DNA of 64,000 nt from Hamiltosporidium tvaerminnensis FI-OER-3-3 (taxonomy: Eukaryota > Fungi > Microsporidia). Numbering within the stretch: the stretch's first letter is position 1; each line of letters opens with the position of its first letter. Position numbers and translations under genes: made by a program. The stretch lies in the NCBI GenBank assembly GCA_022605425.2, contig CM061253.1, positions 620,001 to 684,000 on the forward strand, written 5' to 3'. The notes beneath the pieces are model-generated. The model made no database searches, had not been told where the DNA came from, and saw only the letters and a program-made list of their open reading frames with translations. This document shows, piece by piece, positions 11,600-26,529 of the stretch.

Positions 11600-11965
11600 C
11601 ATTCCTACTGTTTTTTGATCTTTTTTAAATAATTTAGATTTCTTTAGTTTTCAAAAACCTTTTTAGTGTTTCTTCCTCTTTTTTGTTTTTACAATTACTT
11701 TCCTTTGGGATTAAAAAGTTTTTAATTCGAATTAAAGAGAAATTTATAATACATATAAAGATACTATAAAATAAACAACATATTTGCTCAAATGATTGCT
11801 ATAGATGTAAAATATCTTTTATGGTTGTCTGTCACAATTTTTTGCTTTTTTTTTTCTTTTCTTCAAAAAATCATTGTAAAAATATAAAAATCTCCCAAGA
11901 AAATATAAAGAAAAATAGAAAGAGCAGTTAAGCAGAAAAATCCAACCTTAAAATATGCATTTTTA
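11600..11965 (+). repeat. Dispersed non-coding repeat, copy 2 (copy 1 at ~1750-2015)
   Basis: Same conserved blocks as copy 1, with a ~50-bp insertion after aaaaagtt. Confidence 0.75.
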
Positions 11966-13312
11966 CAATACAAAAAAGTTTTAAAGATTTGTTTTATCAT
12001 TTTTTATATAAGCATCTTTATAAATTAACGAGATCGATAGGACATGGAAGAATCGATAGGATTGAGAAACCAATCCTTAAATGTTTAAGTAAAATAAATA
12101 TATATGAAAATATTAGAACAAATGTAATTGATAAATAATAATCTATCTTCAAATCCCAAAACCTAAATATATCATAAACTCTATAAGACAAGCTGCAGAA
12201 ATTATCAGTTAAATGTTGATTTAAGAAATTAAATAAGCATTATTGGTGCCAAGCCATTTTATCGTAGATCAATTTAAGTAATTATGTCAAGAAAACACAT
12301 GAATAAATTTAAAAGTATAAGCAAAAGTCTAGGTTTACAACGGTTTTTTTAATCTAAAAATTAGTGATTTAGTAGGCATAAGAATTATGATTTCGGTAAC
12401 AGATTGAAAATTTTAGATTATCATAGAAATCACTGTTTGATATTTCGTATTTCTAGGTAAATGATGTCTATGAATATTATAGTCAATATATTTTAGAAAA
12501 TTAAAACAAATATATTAATTTGGAAAGGTTACGGTGCTTTGATATTTTCAAATACATGTCACGCTTAATTACCTTTATAAATGCGTTTAGATGCAAAGTT
12601 GAACATATTTTTGCAATAAAATAACATAACCTACGTTATCAATATTTGAAACAGTGTGTTTTGTTGTAAGTGTCTTCAATATAATTATTATTTTATATTA
12701 TAATACTAAAAAATCCGAGCATAACGAATTTCATGATATATAATCTTTTGTAAATTAAAATTTAAGGCAATTGAACTTCAAATATTTAAAAAAGAAAATT
12801 TTAAACTAATATTGGGATTAAGAATTAGCTCACAATCTTTTTCGCTACCAAAAAATATCTTTGCTTTATGAACGAAAGTGAGTTAAAGTAAATACCAAAA
12901 CAAATACATTTAAAACAGAATAACGGATTTAACGGATCTAACCTGAAATTAAGCAATGTAAAAAAATATAACTATAAATGAGTTTCTACTGAGGTTATCA
13001 TGGTATTCAAAGAATGTTAATATAAAAAAAATAAATTAGAAATAAATATCTGTGTAAATATTATAGAAATAATGAAATTCGAACATTTTGAAATTAATGA
13101 TATATTCTTTTTTAAAAATAAAGTTTTATTATTCAAAGTTTGGGAAGATTTTTCTCTCGTAAAATTTCTTTGCTAAATATTAAATTTATTTTCTTTACAT
13201 ATAATATTGTCAAATTTTGAATTTGATAGAATGGAATTGTATTTATATTACTAGAAGCCTATTATTTTGCTATGATCTGCATTCCATGATTGAATTTTCT
13301 AAATATGCAGCC

Positions 13313-13548
13313 GAATTTTCCACCATTTCAGGAACAGAATTGGCTTGAAGTATTTTCTGCTTTCGAAGATCCGACTAAAAGAGACTGGTTTCCAAGTTGG
13401 GCGTAGGGTTAACAACCCACACTTTAAAACTACCTTGTTACGAAACCCGAAAAAGCAAACAAATACACTTTAAAAAGACTCGTGGGCGGTATTACTGAGA
13501 GCGACCAAGGCCCGTACAGGGCTATAGGGCTAAGGATAATCATAATAA
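13313..13548 (+). mobile_element. Short bipartite non-autonomous RTE derivative (5' end fused to 3' end of the LINE) with target-site duplication
   Basis: The 5' part matches 19791-19925 (cagaattggcttg.agtatt; gttgggcgtag.g.taacaa) and the 3' part matches 22815-22875 (gtgggcg; ccaag.c.cgt.cagggct.tag.gc). TSD aaatatgcagcc at 13301-13312 and 13549-13560. Confidence 0.9.
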
Positions 13549-14852
13549 AAATATGCAGCCAAACTTTATACAGCTTATTTAGCCAAAATCAGACACTTTC
13601 ATATATTATTTTTTTTTTAAATAGCTCTTTCTTCGTCATTTAAACAGACAGCAAGTACTCAATTTGTTTGTGCGCATTAGGGCTTTAAAAACCGTTTTTC
13701 TGCCCATAAAGGTATTTTTTTACTCAAAATCTTTAGGATAATCAGATAGTTTCGACTATCTTTCTTTGTTCTCCAAATAAATTATTGCTTGTTGATTAAA
13801 AGATAGGAGGTATGAAAGCCATATGTTTTGGTGTATAACTTATACTTATTTTAATACTTAAAATTGTTCTAAAAATTTATATTTATAATTAGATCCGGCA
13901 AATCAGCCAATAAGCAATATATATTTTCAATTTAACGATTACGAGTAAAAAAATTTACAATAAAACTGATTTGATGTATTAATTTTATTTTATTCTCTAT
14001 CCATAGGAAAAACTATATTTAGTCCCTTACATTAAATATATATATTATTTTCTTTCTGATGGCAAGTTTCATTCACAAATATGTTTTGTAACAACGTGAT
14101 TTCGAATTTGTATAACAGTGATATTATTTTACCTATTTACGCTGCGGTATGATACCGAAAATAATTTTTATTTGCTCAAGATAAACATGTACTGGTATTT
14201 TTAGTATCAATTCCTTATACTTACTACAGTGTGGTAAATTTCTCAATATTAATATTAGTATTGTGCATTCCATGATACTTTTTTGCGAGATGCAACAAAA
14301 TATAGAGATTTAATTCGTTCATTATATCTATTCTGGCAGTTTGAAAGCATTTTTTATACTAAGCATGGTTGTTTAGGCTTAGAATCAGAATATTTACAAA
14401 ATATAAGAATATATTAATATCTATAAAAAAAATATTAGTACGAAGTAATCTAGTATCTATTCAGAATAGGGATTCGAACACTTCTTTTTGATTATATAAC
14501 AATTGAAAAGAATTTATTGATACTAATTGAAAATCGAAATTGAAACACTGGCAATAAATTTAAGTGCAAAATAGAAAGAATAAAACATGTTAAATGTAGT
14601 TTATAATAAAAGTTTTATCTATCGATTTAATTTCTATTTTTTGATTATTCTAGTATTATTGTCATACACATATTGACTAAAAATAATTTATTAAATGATT
14701 CGATGGTAAATTTGTAAAATATAAATTAAAAGAATATAGAAATAAAGAACAAAATAATTTGGCAAGATAAAGCATTAAAGAAGTATTTTATCCATAATTT
14801 AATCAACGAATAAATTAAAAAAACCGGCTTGATGTTTTTTTATCCCCCCCAA

Positions 14853-17150
14853 ATGAGAGTTTCGAATAAGGTTGATATTTTTAAAAATACGTATACAATA
14901 AAAATTATATTCTTAGTATGTTTAATTTTGCTAATTAAGAATATAAAGGCAGATATGTCAATCCTTTTCCATTTTTATGATCCACAGAATCAGCAAGAAT
15001 GTAATTTAAATTGTAATAAAGAAGAGAAAATGCAATTTTCTAACTTTATTAAGCAGAGGTACAATTGTTATGAACATGAAGAATGTATTCAATGTACCAG
15101 ATATATTATTAAAGATCCAAGCGAACTCATATTAAACTTAGATGATAATAAAAGTAATGAAAATAATGAAAAGAAAATTTATATTTGCACGGATGTATGT
15201 AAGTACGAAGATTTTCTATATTTTTTGAAAATATTAAATGGAATTCATGATTTCAAAGAAAATTTACAAGTTGATGATTTCATATTATTAATACACATAC
15301 TTGATATGTTTAAATTCAAGAAGGATAAAAAATTTAAACAAATAATTCGAATTATTTTGCTTTCAATCATTTACAATTGTCAAAAAAATTATAATAAAGG
15401 TGATTTAACCAAAAAAAATTACATTTCATCATCTTTATTTAACTGTATTTTATATGAATTCCGTAAAATATATTTTTTTGATTTGAAGCCAAATTTTGAT
15501 AAAGAAGAAAGAGTATCTGGTGAACATATTAAGAATCTGATAGTAGAAAACTTCGATGAAAACTTTTGCTTAGGTAAAACTTATGTCAGTATAAAATCAG
15601 AGTTTCTTATTAAACTAAGCAAGTATATAAAATATAACAAAGAATTTAAACATAATTTCAAAAATATTTTTAAATGGATTAAACCGCTAAGAGTGGCTTT
15701 TGATAGTATAAATTCTACATCTGACTTATCTATGCTTCTGCCCTTAATTTATTTTATACCTGGAGAAGAACTTTGTTTTCAATCTTGGAAAAATGCGGTA
15801 CAACTTCAATACATCTTAGAAAATTTTGGTTTCGAAAAAATCAAGACATTGTTCTTTATAGATTGTAATTTTCTTTCATTTTACGAAAGCTATTTTGAAA
15901 GCTTCAGATCATTAAAATGTATTTATTTATTAGATTCATGGTTGTTAAATGCAACCGCATCTGAAAAAACAGAGAATTTAATACACAATTTAGTCTCAAT
16001 AATTTCTAATGAAATAGAAAATAAAACCGATGCTTCAAAATTGGAAAAACTGAATACGAAAGATTTATTTAAGAAAAATTTTTTGAATTGGGATAAATCT
16101 TTAGCTTTCAATGAAAATTTTCTTATACAAAATATGTTTAACTCTAGTAAATATATGATACATTTTTCAAACACTTTATCCATTTCTCTGCCATCTGCAA
16201 CATTCAAAGTAGCAATTTTGAATCTTCAAAGAATTTTTAGGATAGATATTTTCTTAGATCAAAATTTCTTCATTGATTTGAATTTAGAAAGTATGTACGT
16301 AAGTAAAAATGTTAAAAGCCTGGAAATTAAATGGGTCGATTTAACTGATATATTCTTATGTAGCGTTCTATCATTGTCGAATTTAAAAAAAGTTTCAATA
16401 TTTGCCTCTAAATTTATCCAAAAGAACTATGAAACGAAATACATGAAACACATATCAATGCAAGAGCTTGTTATTACCCATAGTATTTTAATATACCCTG
16501 AGAGAATATTTAAATTTATTAATTCAATGCCAAATTTAAAAAAATTGCAAATTAGTTATAATACTACAGATATATTCAAACATATATTCAATTTTAATAT
16601 GATTGAGTTAGTTCATTTAGAAGTTTTTATTTTTCAGCAATGCGGTGAATGCACATCTGGATTCCCGAAGTTCACAAACAAGAATTCAATTATAAATTTA
16701 AATATTAGTTATGATTTCAGCGGAAGTCTACTCTATTACTTGTTTATACACAAAGAATTACAAAATATTCAAATATTGGAACTCTCTCGCTTTACTATAA
16801 GTAAGAGTGATAGAAATTCGATGGGGAGTTGTACAAAAATTAAAGATATAACAATCATCGGCTGTAGATTGAGTGGGATATCATTTTTTGAAATATTTGA
16901 TATTAAAAAGGAATATGCGATCAAAAGAGTAACTTTAAAGGATATGGTTCTAGGTATACATGATATTATTTTCATATCAAATCTGAAGCACTTAAGATTT
17001 CTGACGCTTAATTATACTTATTTTACCCCTAATTTCTTCGTCGTATCTCAACTTGTATCTCCAAGCTATTCTAAGATAAACATGGGAATTAACGTAAATT
17101 TGAAATTCCTGCGATTTAAATATAGGCTTGACGAATTTTTCAGCACGTAA
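14853..17150 (+). CDS. Lineage-specific leucine-rich-repeat protein with N-terminal signal or anchor (candidate secreted effector)
   Basis: Long intact ORF. The likely start is ATG 14853 after ccccccc. Hydrophobic IIFLVCLILLI segment; degenerate LxxLxxLxL repeats (LSNLKKVSI, MPNLKKLQI, LVHLEVFIF, LQNIQILEL, LKHLRFLTL). Paralogue at 26530-28862. Confidence 0.8.
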   Translation: MRVSNKVDIFKNTYTIKIIFLVCLILLIKNIKADMSILFHFYDPQNQQECNLNCNKEEKMQFSNFIKQRYNCYEHEECIQCTRYIIKDPSELILNLDDNKSNENNEKKIYICTDVCKYEDFLYFLKILNGIHDFKENLQVDDFILLIHILDMFKFKKDKKFKQIIRIILLSIIYNCQKNYNKGDLTKKNYISSSLFNCILYEFRKIYFFDLKPNFDKEERVSGEHIKNLIVENFDENFCLGKTYVSIKSEFLIKLSKYIKYNKEFKHNFKNIFKWIKPLRVAFDSINSTSDLSMLLPLIYFIPGEELCFQSWKNAVQLQYILENFGFEKIKTLFFIDCNFLSFYESYFESFRSLKCIYLLDSWLLNATASEKTENLIHNLVSIISNEIENKTDASKLEKLNTKDLFKKNFLNWDKSLAFNENFLIQNMFNSSKYMIHFSNTLSISLPSATFKVAILNLQRIFRIDIFLDQNFFIDLNLESMYVSKNVKSLEIKWVDLTDIFLCSVLSLSNLKKVSIFASKFIQKNYETKYMKHISMQELVITHSILIYPERIFKFINSMPNLKKLQISYNTTDIFKHIFNFNMIELVHLEVFIFQQCGECTSGFPKFTNKNSIINLNISYDFSGSLLYYLFIHKELQNIQILELSRFTISKSDRNSMGSCTKIKDITIIGCRLSGISFFEIFDIKKEYAIKRVTLKDMVLGIHDIIFISNLKHLRFLTLNYTYFTPNFFVVSQLVSPSYSKINMGINVNLKFLRFKYRLDEFFST

Positions 17151-17280
17151 TAAATAAAAATGATTCGTTATTTGATCGTTTTTACTAAAGTATCAACAAT
17201 AAAACTTTATATTTAGAGTTGTTTTTGGATATATTTTAAATGCTTTTTTTGACCTTCAAATCTATCAAGATTAAATGTAC

Positions 17281-17518
17281 ATTCATGTTCGGAACAACAG
17301 CTCGGCTAGGGCCCCGGTCTTTCTTATTAATTCCGTTCACTATATCTTTCTAATGAGTTCGTTTATTTTTTTAGGGTTCGTAACAATGTAGTTCTAAAGG
17401 GTTGGCTGTTAACCCTACGCTCACCTCCAATCTTGAAGACCAGTTCCTAACAATCGCCTCTTACGACAAAGAAAGAATACTGCAAGCCAATTTGCGCCTG
17501 GCATGGTGGGGGATGAAC
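17281..17518 (-). mobile_element. Second short bipartite RTE derivative
   Basis: The reverse complement reads ...ccaccatgccagg...aattggcttgcagtatt...gtcgtaagaggcga...gcgtagggttaacagccaaccctttag..., followed by an RTE-like 3' end (accggggccctagccgagctgttgttccgaa). Confidence 0.85.
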
Positions 17519-19780
17519 TTACATGGCTTTCATTCTAACACGATGTGTTTTTGGTACATTTTTCCTTCTAAAGGTTATGTCTTATATTATGATTTCATAA
17601 AAGAGCAGATTATTTCTGGAAATAGACAGATCTAAATATTCTATTTGATTTCTTCTGTTTGCTAGTTTTTTTACAAAATGGACACTTGAAAAAAGTAAAA
17701 ATTGAGCCGCTAAAAATCTTAACTAATAATAATCCTAAAATTTATTTACTTTGACCAATATTTTGAGACGTTACTCTCTTTTGCTATGGGAAAACTATTC
17801 TTTTATGAAATAATTCAATTTTGTTAGTATAATTTCTTAGAAACTTTAAAAATGAAAATTCTAAGTTTCTTAACTTATAGATGTTACTTTTTTAGTTAAA
17901 CGTTGTTTTTAGTGGTATTGATGTGAATATTTCTTGGTTTGTTTTATAAGAATCATTTATGAAATATAATTTAAAACACTAACTTTATTAAAGCTATACA
18001 AAAATTTATGTAATTTCTAATCACAGCCTCACAGTTATATCGGATTTTGCATTTCATTTAACTATATAATAATTAAGATAGATATTAAGTTATAATCGCT
18101 GTTTAAAAAATTTTGAAAATAGGTTTGCAGAAATTAGCGGGATGAACACAGAATGAGAACCAAAATTCAAATGTAGAATTATAGGCTACATATTTACCCT
18201 AGACGAGCAGCTAAATAAAATATCTTTGTTGAATTAGGAACGCTTCTTAAGATTTACCTCAAATAATTAAATTTAAAAAAAATAATAAGTATGACCTATT
18301 AGTCAATGTGTCGGGTCTTATTTATAGGTGTGCAGTTAAATAATTCATATGAGTATAATCATAGGCGATATTGGGATAGATACCAAAGATATATCCGAAA
18401 AGACTTAAATACTCGGAAATTTTCAGGCATTTATTTAGTCGATAGTACATACAAAGACAGTTGGAATGGTGTAATTTATCCGCATAGGAAGATTTTAGTC
18501 AGAAGCATTTGTAGAAGCGAGCAATTACCAGCGCCATTCGAGTTATTAAAAGAGAAGAACAAAAAAACATAATATTTAATTTAAAGCAATCGAATTACGT
18601 GAAATATTGTGTTAAACACTGAAAAAACAACAAGTAATACCCTTTTTATTTTAGCTGAATCAGCCACAGTACAGGAACCGACAATATATAAAAGAATAAT
18701 AAGATTTAGAAGAATAATATATGATGGGTAATGAGATAGAAGTAGAATATATAAAAAGATGAAAAAATATTTTAATATAGAATTTTATTAAATAAATTTT
18801 TTTACTTTAATTTATGCGATTTCAAAAAGTAGTACAATTGGCAAAAAGGGAAGACATATTTAAATAACAATCAAAATTAATGTAACTTTTTAGTAAGAAT
18901 ATTCACAAAAAGAATAATAGAGAACTTGAAGTCTAATTGTAAGGTTTTAAATAAGTAAGTTTGAATTTTAAACGCGAAAAGATTGATAAAAGTCTAATCA
19001 GATGGAATATTTTTCAATTTTCGCCTTTTTGAACGGTAAGAGACAGAAGAAATACGAGAATCACTAAAGTATAAATGGTGATTTAATATTTATATTCCAG
19101 TCTTATTTTACCTTTCGGTATCGAAAATTATAGAATGGAAGCCAATATTATTCTTTCCTGATCATAGTCTTAGCTTTTCTTGGTCTGTTACTCTGCCAAG
19201 AAAAACCGATTTTAAGGAGTTAAACATTTCTTATTTAACATCTTCTTCTATTTTCAATAAAATCTATTTGTTTTATGTTCCACAGTTATGTTCGGATTCT
19301 ACTCAAGGCAATTGATTTTTGAGACAGTCTTTCGGTTTTCTATTTATATCCTTTAATCTAATGTAATTCGGGGTTATGGGAATTGGCTCATAGATCCAAT
19401 GTGGTTTTATAACGCTAAAATGTTAAAAATGATTTTATTACCAATCTCGCACAATCATTTTCAATAAGCTGGTTTAAATGAAGTTTCATCCCTCCACCTA
19501 TTAATGCTGATAAAAATATTTTATAATGATTTAATCAGAAAAAAAATCTAAAGAGGTATTTTCTATTACCTTAAAACGTGTCAAATACAATTTACTCTGT
19601 AGGGAATGTATATTTTTCTAAAATATATTTTTAGTGTTTCCTTGAGTTTTAATTAGAAATTTAAAGCCAAAAACTTAACCATTTTGCATTTCTATCAGGA
19701 AAACAATGACTAAAAATTTAATTTGAATTGTAATAAAGCAAATAAAATAAAATTTTCTAAGTTTATAAAACAGTTTTTCT

Positions 19781-22700
19781 TCCCTACATGCCGGGAGCAG
19801 AATTGGCTTGGAGTATTCCCTGCTTGTCGTAAGTGGCGAATTAAAGGAACTAGTCCTCCAGACTGGGGTTGGGCGTAGAGCTAACAATCCACCCTTTAAA
19901 GCCAACATGTTTCAAACCCAAAAACGTAATTAAACCCAGACGAAAAATTAAAAAAATACCTAGCGTGTTTAAACGAAAAAACGATATTTTACTTGAAACA
20001 TGAAACGTGCGTTCTCCTACATAGCCCCAGTGCCCTGAAGTGTCTGTCTGATGTGATCTCTGAACGTAATATCGACATTGTAGCCCGACAAGAAATGAGA
20101 TGGACTGGAAAAGGAATTATTGATAGGAAAGACTATCGACTCTACTATAGATGTAACGAAAAATACCACCTACTGGGGACAGGATTCATGGTTGGAAACA
20201 AGATAAAACCGCTTGTAATCGATTTTCAAGCTTACGCACCTAGACTATGTAGAATCAGAATAAGATGCAAAATTTTCAACTATAGTATCATCAATGCCCA
20301 TGCTCACACAGAAGATACAATTGAGAAAAAAAGGGGGGATTTTTATGACTTTTAGGGAAAGTATACGACGATTGTCCTAGAAATGACATACAATTTCTAT
20401 TAGGAGCCATGAACGCAATAATAGGTAAGAACCTGCCTGTAGCAGTATTGAAAATTATAGTTCACATGAGGAGCATTCTCAAAATTGATTCCGACTGATT
20501 GATTTTGCAATTAGCCGAAATTTAATTGTTGGAGAACGATTTTTGACAACAGAAACATACACGGGGTACTTGGACGATGCCGGATGGGGTACAGTCAACC
20601 AAATAGATCGCATTCCCATTGACAAGCGTCACAGCTCCAGCTTACTTGATGTTAGAGCACATCGCAGTGCCAATGCAAATAGAAATCATTTCCTCTTCGT
20701 TGCACGACTTAGAGCAGAATCTCGCACACCAGAAATAAAAAGGAACTAGGTCTGTCAGATATAACACCTGTATGTTAAAATATGAGAAAAGGAAGAAAAT
20801 ATATGAGGCAAAAACTAACGAAATAGTTAGAGAACGGAGTAAGGAAGATATAGATGACAAATGGAGAGTGCTTAAACAAAATATAATAGCAGCCTGGTAA
20901 TCTATCAGATTTTTGCGAATTTTAAAAGAAATGAATGGTTTGATGAGGAATGTACAAGCATAACCAGAGCTAAAAAAAGCCTACAACTTGAATATACAAA
21001 AAAAAGCGGTCTTCAGTATATACTGAAAGATATGAGATGCGAGAAATAAAGAAAAGAGGATATATCGAGCTAAGAAGCGAAAAGCCATGATGACTCAAAT
21101 GGAGCTAATTCGGAAATATAATACCAAACACTTGAGCAGAGAAATGTTTAGAAAGGTGAATGATACCAGACGAGCTTTTATTACACGAACGAACAGCTGT
21201 AGAAGTAAAACGGGTGAGATAATAAGTGACATTCAAGGAGTAATAAATAGATGGTCAGAACATTTTAGAGAACTACTGGGTGAATGCGGAGATTAGGCAG
21301 ACACGGAAGACATGTTTAACAAACTAGATAATACAGGTATCTACGAAAATATTGTGCCTTCTTATGAAGAAATACATAAAGCTGTAGAAAAACCGAAAAA
21401 CAATAAAGCCCCTGGGACGGACGAAATTCTTAATGAACTCATTAAAAATGCTTGTGGAAATTACATTAAGGAGTTGACACTTTACTTGGAGTGATATCGA
21501 AATAAGAGAAAATGCCTAAAGAATGGGATACAAGTCTTGTCTTTTTGATTTACAAAAAAGGCGACAGATTGAATTGTGAAAATTACCGATGAATATCTCT
21601 TCTAAACACAACGTAAAAAGTTCTGTCCAGCATTATTTTCACACGATTGCTACCTTATGCAAAGAACATCATCGGTGAATACCAATGCGGCTATCGGAAA
21701 GATAGGTCGACTTCGGATCAGATTTATACACTAAACAAATTCTGTAAAAAACATTGGAATATAAAATGAGCACTCACCACCTTTTTATAGACTTCAAGCA
21801 AGCTTATGATAAAGTCAATAGAAAAATGCTTTACAAAGCCATCAAAGAATTTAGTATTCCCCCTAAATTGATAAGATTGATTAAAATGAAAATGTCTAGA
21901 TAAAATTGCAGAATTAGAGTAAAGTCTACTCTGTCAGAACCAGTTTGAAGATTTGATGTTCTAAAGCAGGGTGACGCACTGGCATGTCTACTATTTAATT
22001 TGGCTCCAGAGAAAGTAGTCTGTGATTCATGTCTACGGGTTAGAGGTTAGATATTTAACGAGCAAATTCAAATCCTAGCATAAGCTGATGATATTGACTT
22101 TATTGTAAGATCAGAAGCTTGTTTTCTAAGTGCGTTCATAGCTTTGGAATCTGCAGCCAAAAAGATGAGCTTGATTAGAAACATTCACAAGACCAAATAT
22201 ATGACATTTAGCAATGACCAAAGACTCTCACAATTCCAAGTCAGGGATTATATCTTTGAAACAGTAGAAGATTTTGTATATTTTGTATCCCGAATAGATG
22301 TAAACAACAGCAGCTATAAAGAAATTGAAACAAGAATTCAGGCAGAAAACAAGTGCTATTATAGCTTCTTCGAGCATTTTAAGTCCTATCTCATCACTAG
22401 TAAAACAAAATTCATGCTCTTCAAACGCGTCTGAGACTATTTCTTATGCTTGGATCAGAGTCTTGGGTTGTTAAGAAGACTGATGAGCAAAGACTAGCGG
22501 TGTTCGAAAGGAAATTATTGAGACGTATTTATTAACCTAAAGAAGAAAATGACAGGCGAAGAAACGACACAACAGAGAACTCTACACTGAATTAAGGGAT
22601 GTGCCAGTTGTAGACTTAGTCTGCCTGAACAGACTCGTCTGGGTAGGACACCTGCTAAGAAGAGGGAAGCATCGCATACCTTTCAAAGTTTTGAACCATA

Positions 22701-22880
22701 TACTAGTCGGAAAAGGAATGTGGGAAGACTTAAGACATGCTGGATTGACCAAATCGAAAAGACCGCCCGACTTCCTGGATTAGAAGACTGGTGGAATGTT
22801 GCGCTGAAAAGATACAGGTGGGCGACATTGCAGAGGGAGGCCAAGACTCGTGCAGGGCTGTAGCGCCGAAGATAAAATAA
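19781..22880 (+). mobile_element. Full-length but inactivated RTE-clade LINE (AP endonuclease + reverse transcriptase)
   Basis: APE motifs DIVARQEMRWTGKG, GTGFMV, RLCRIRI and NQIDRI. RT motifs NNKAPGTD, EYQCGYRKDRSTSDQI, FIDFKQAYD, KQGDALACLLFN and A*ADDI. Short 3' end cagggctgtagcgccgaagataa. Many stops and frameshifts. Confidence 0.93.
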
Positions 22881-22979
22881 AAAACAGAGAGATAATTGTA
22901 TTGAACATATGCAGTGTAATGAATGGCCTGGGTATATCATTGCATTTTTAAACGAAGCTAAATTTATTTAGATATTTAT

Positions 22980-26455
<3,476 letters not shown>

Positions 26456-26529
26456 GGGGGGGGGGCATTATGGACTGCGACATTAAAAAACAAATTAAAA
26501 AATATAATATACTACGAAAAAAGTCACAT

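Noticed and set aside
14829-14852. TTG starts in the ORF track for the LRR gene (14829) and the exportin-like gene (48279)
   Set aside because: Eukaryotic context; in-frame ATGs preceded by CCC motifs exist at 14853 and 48360.
18190-18760. Possible Gypsy-type integrase relic (IGIDTKDI; ELLKEKN)
   Set aside because: Too few motifs to support a call.
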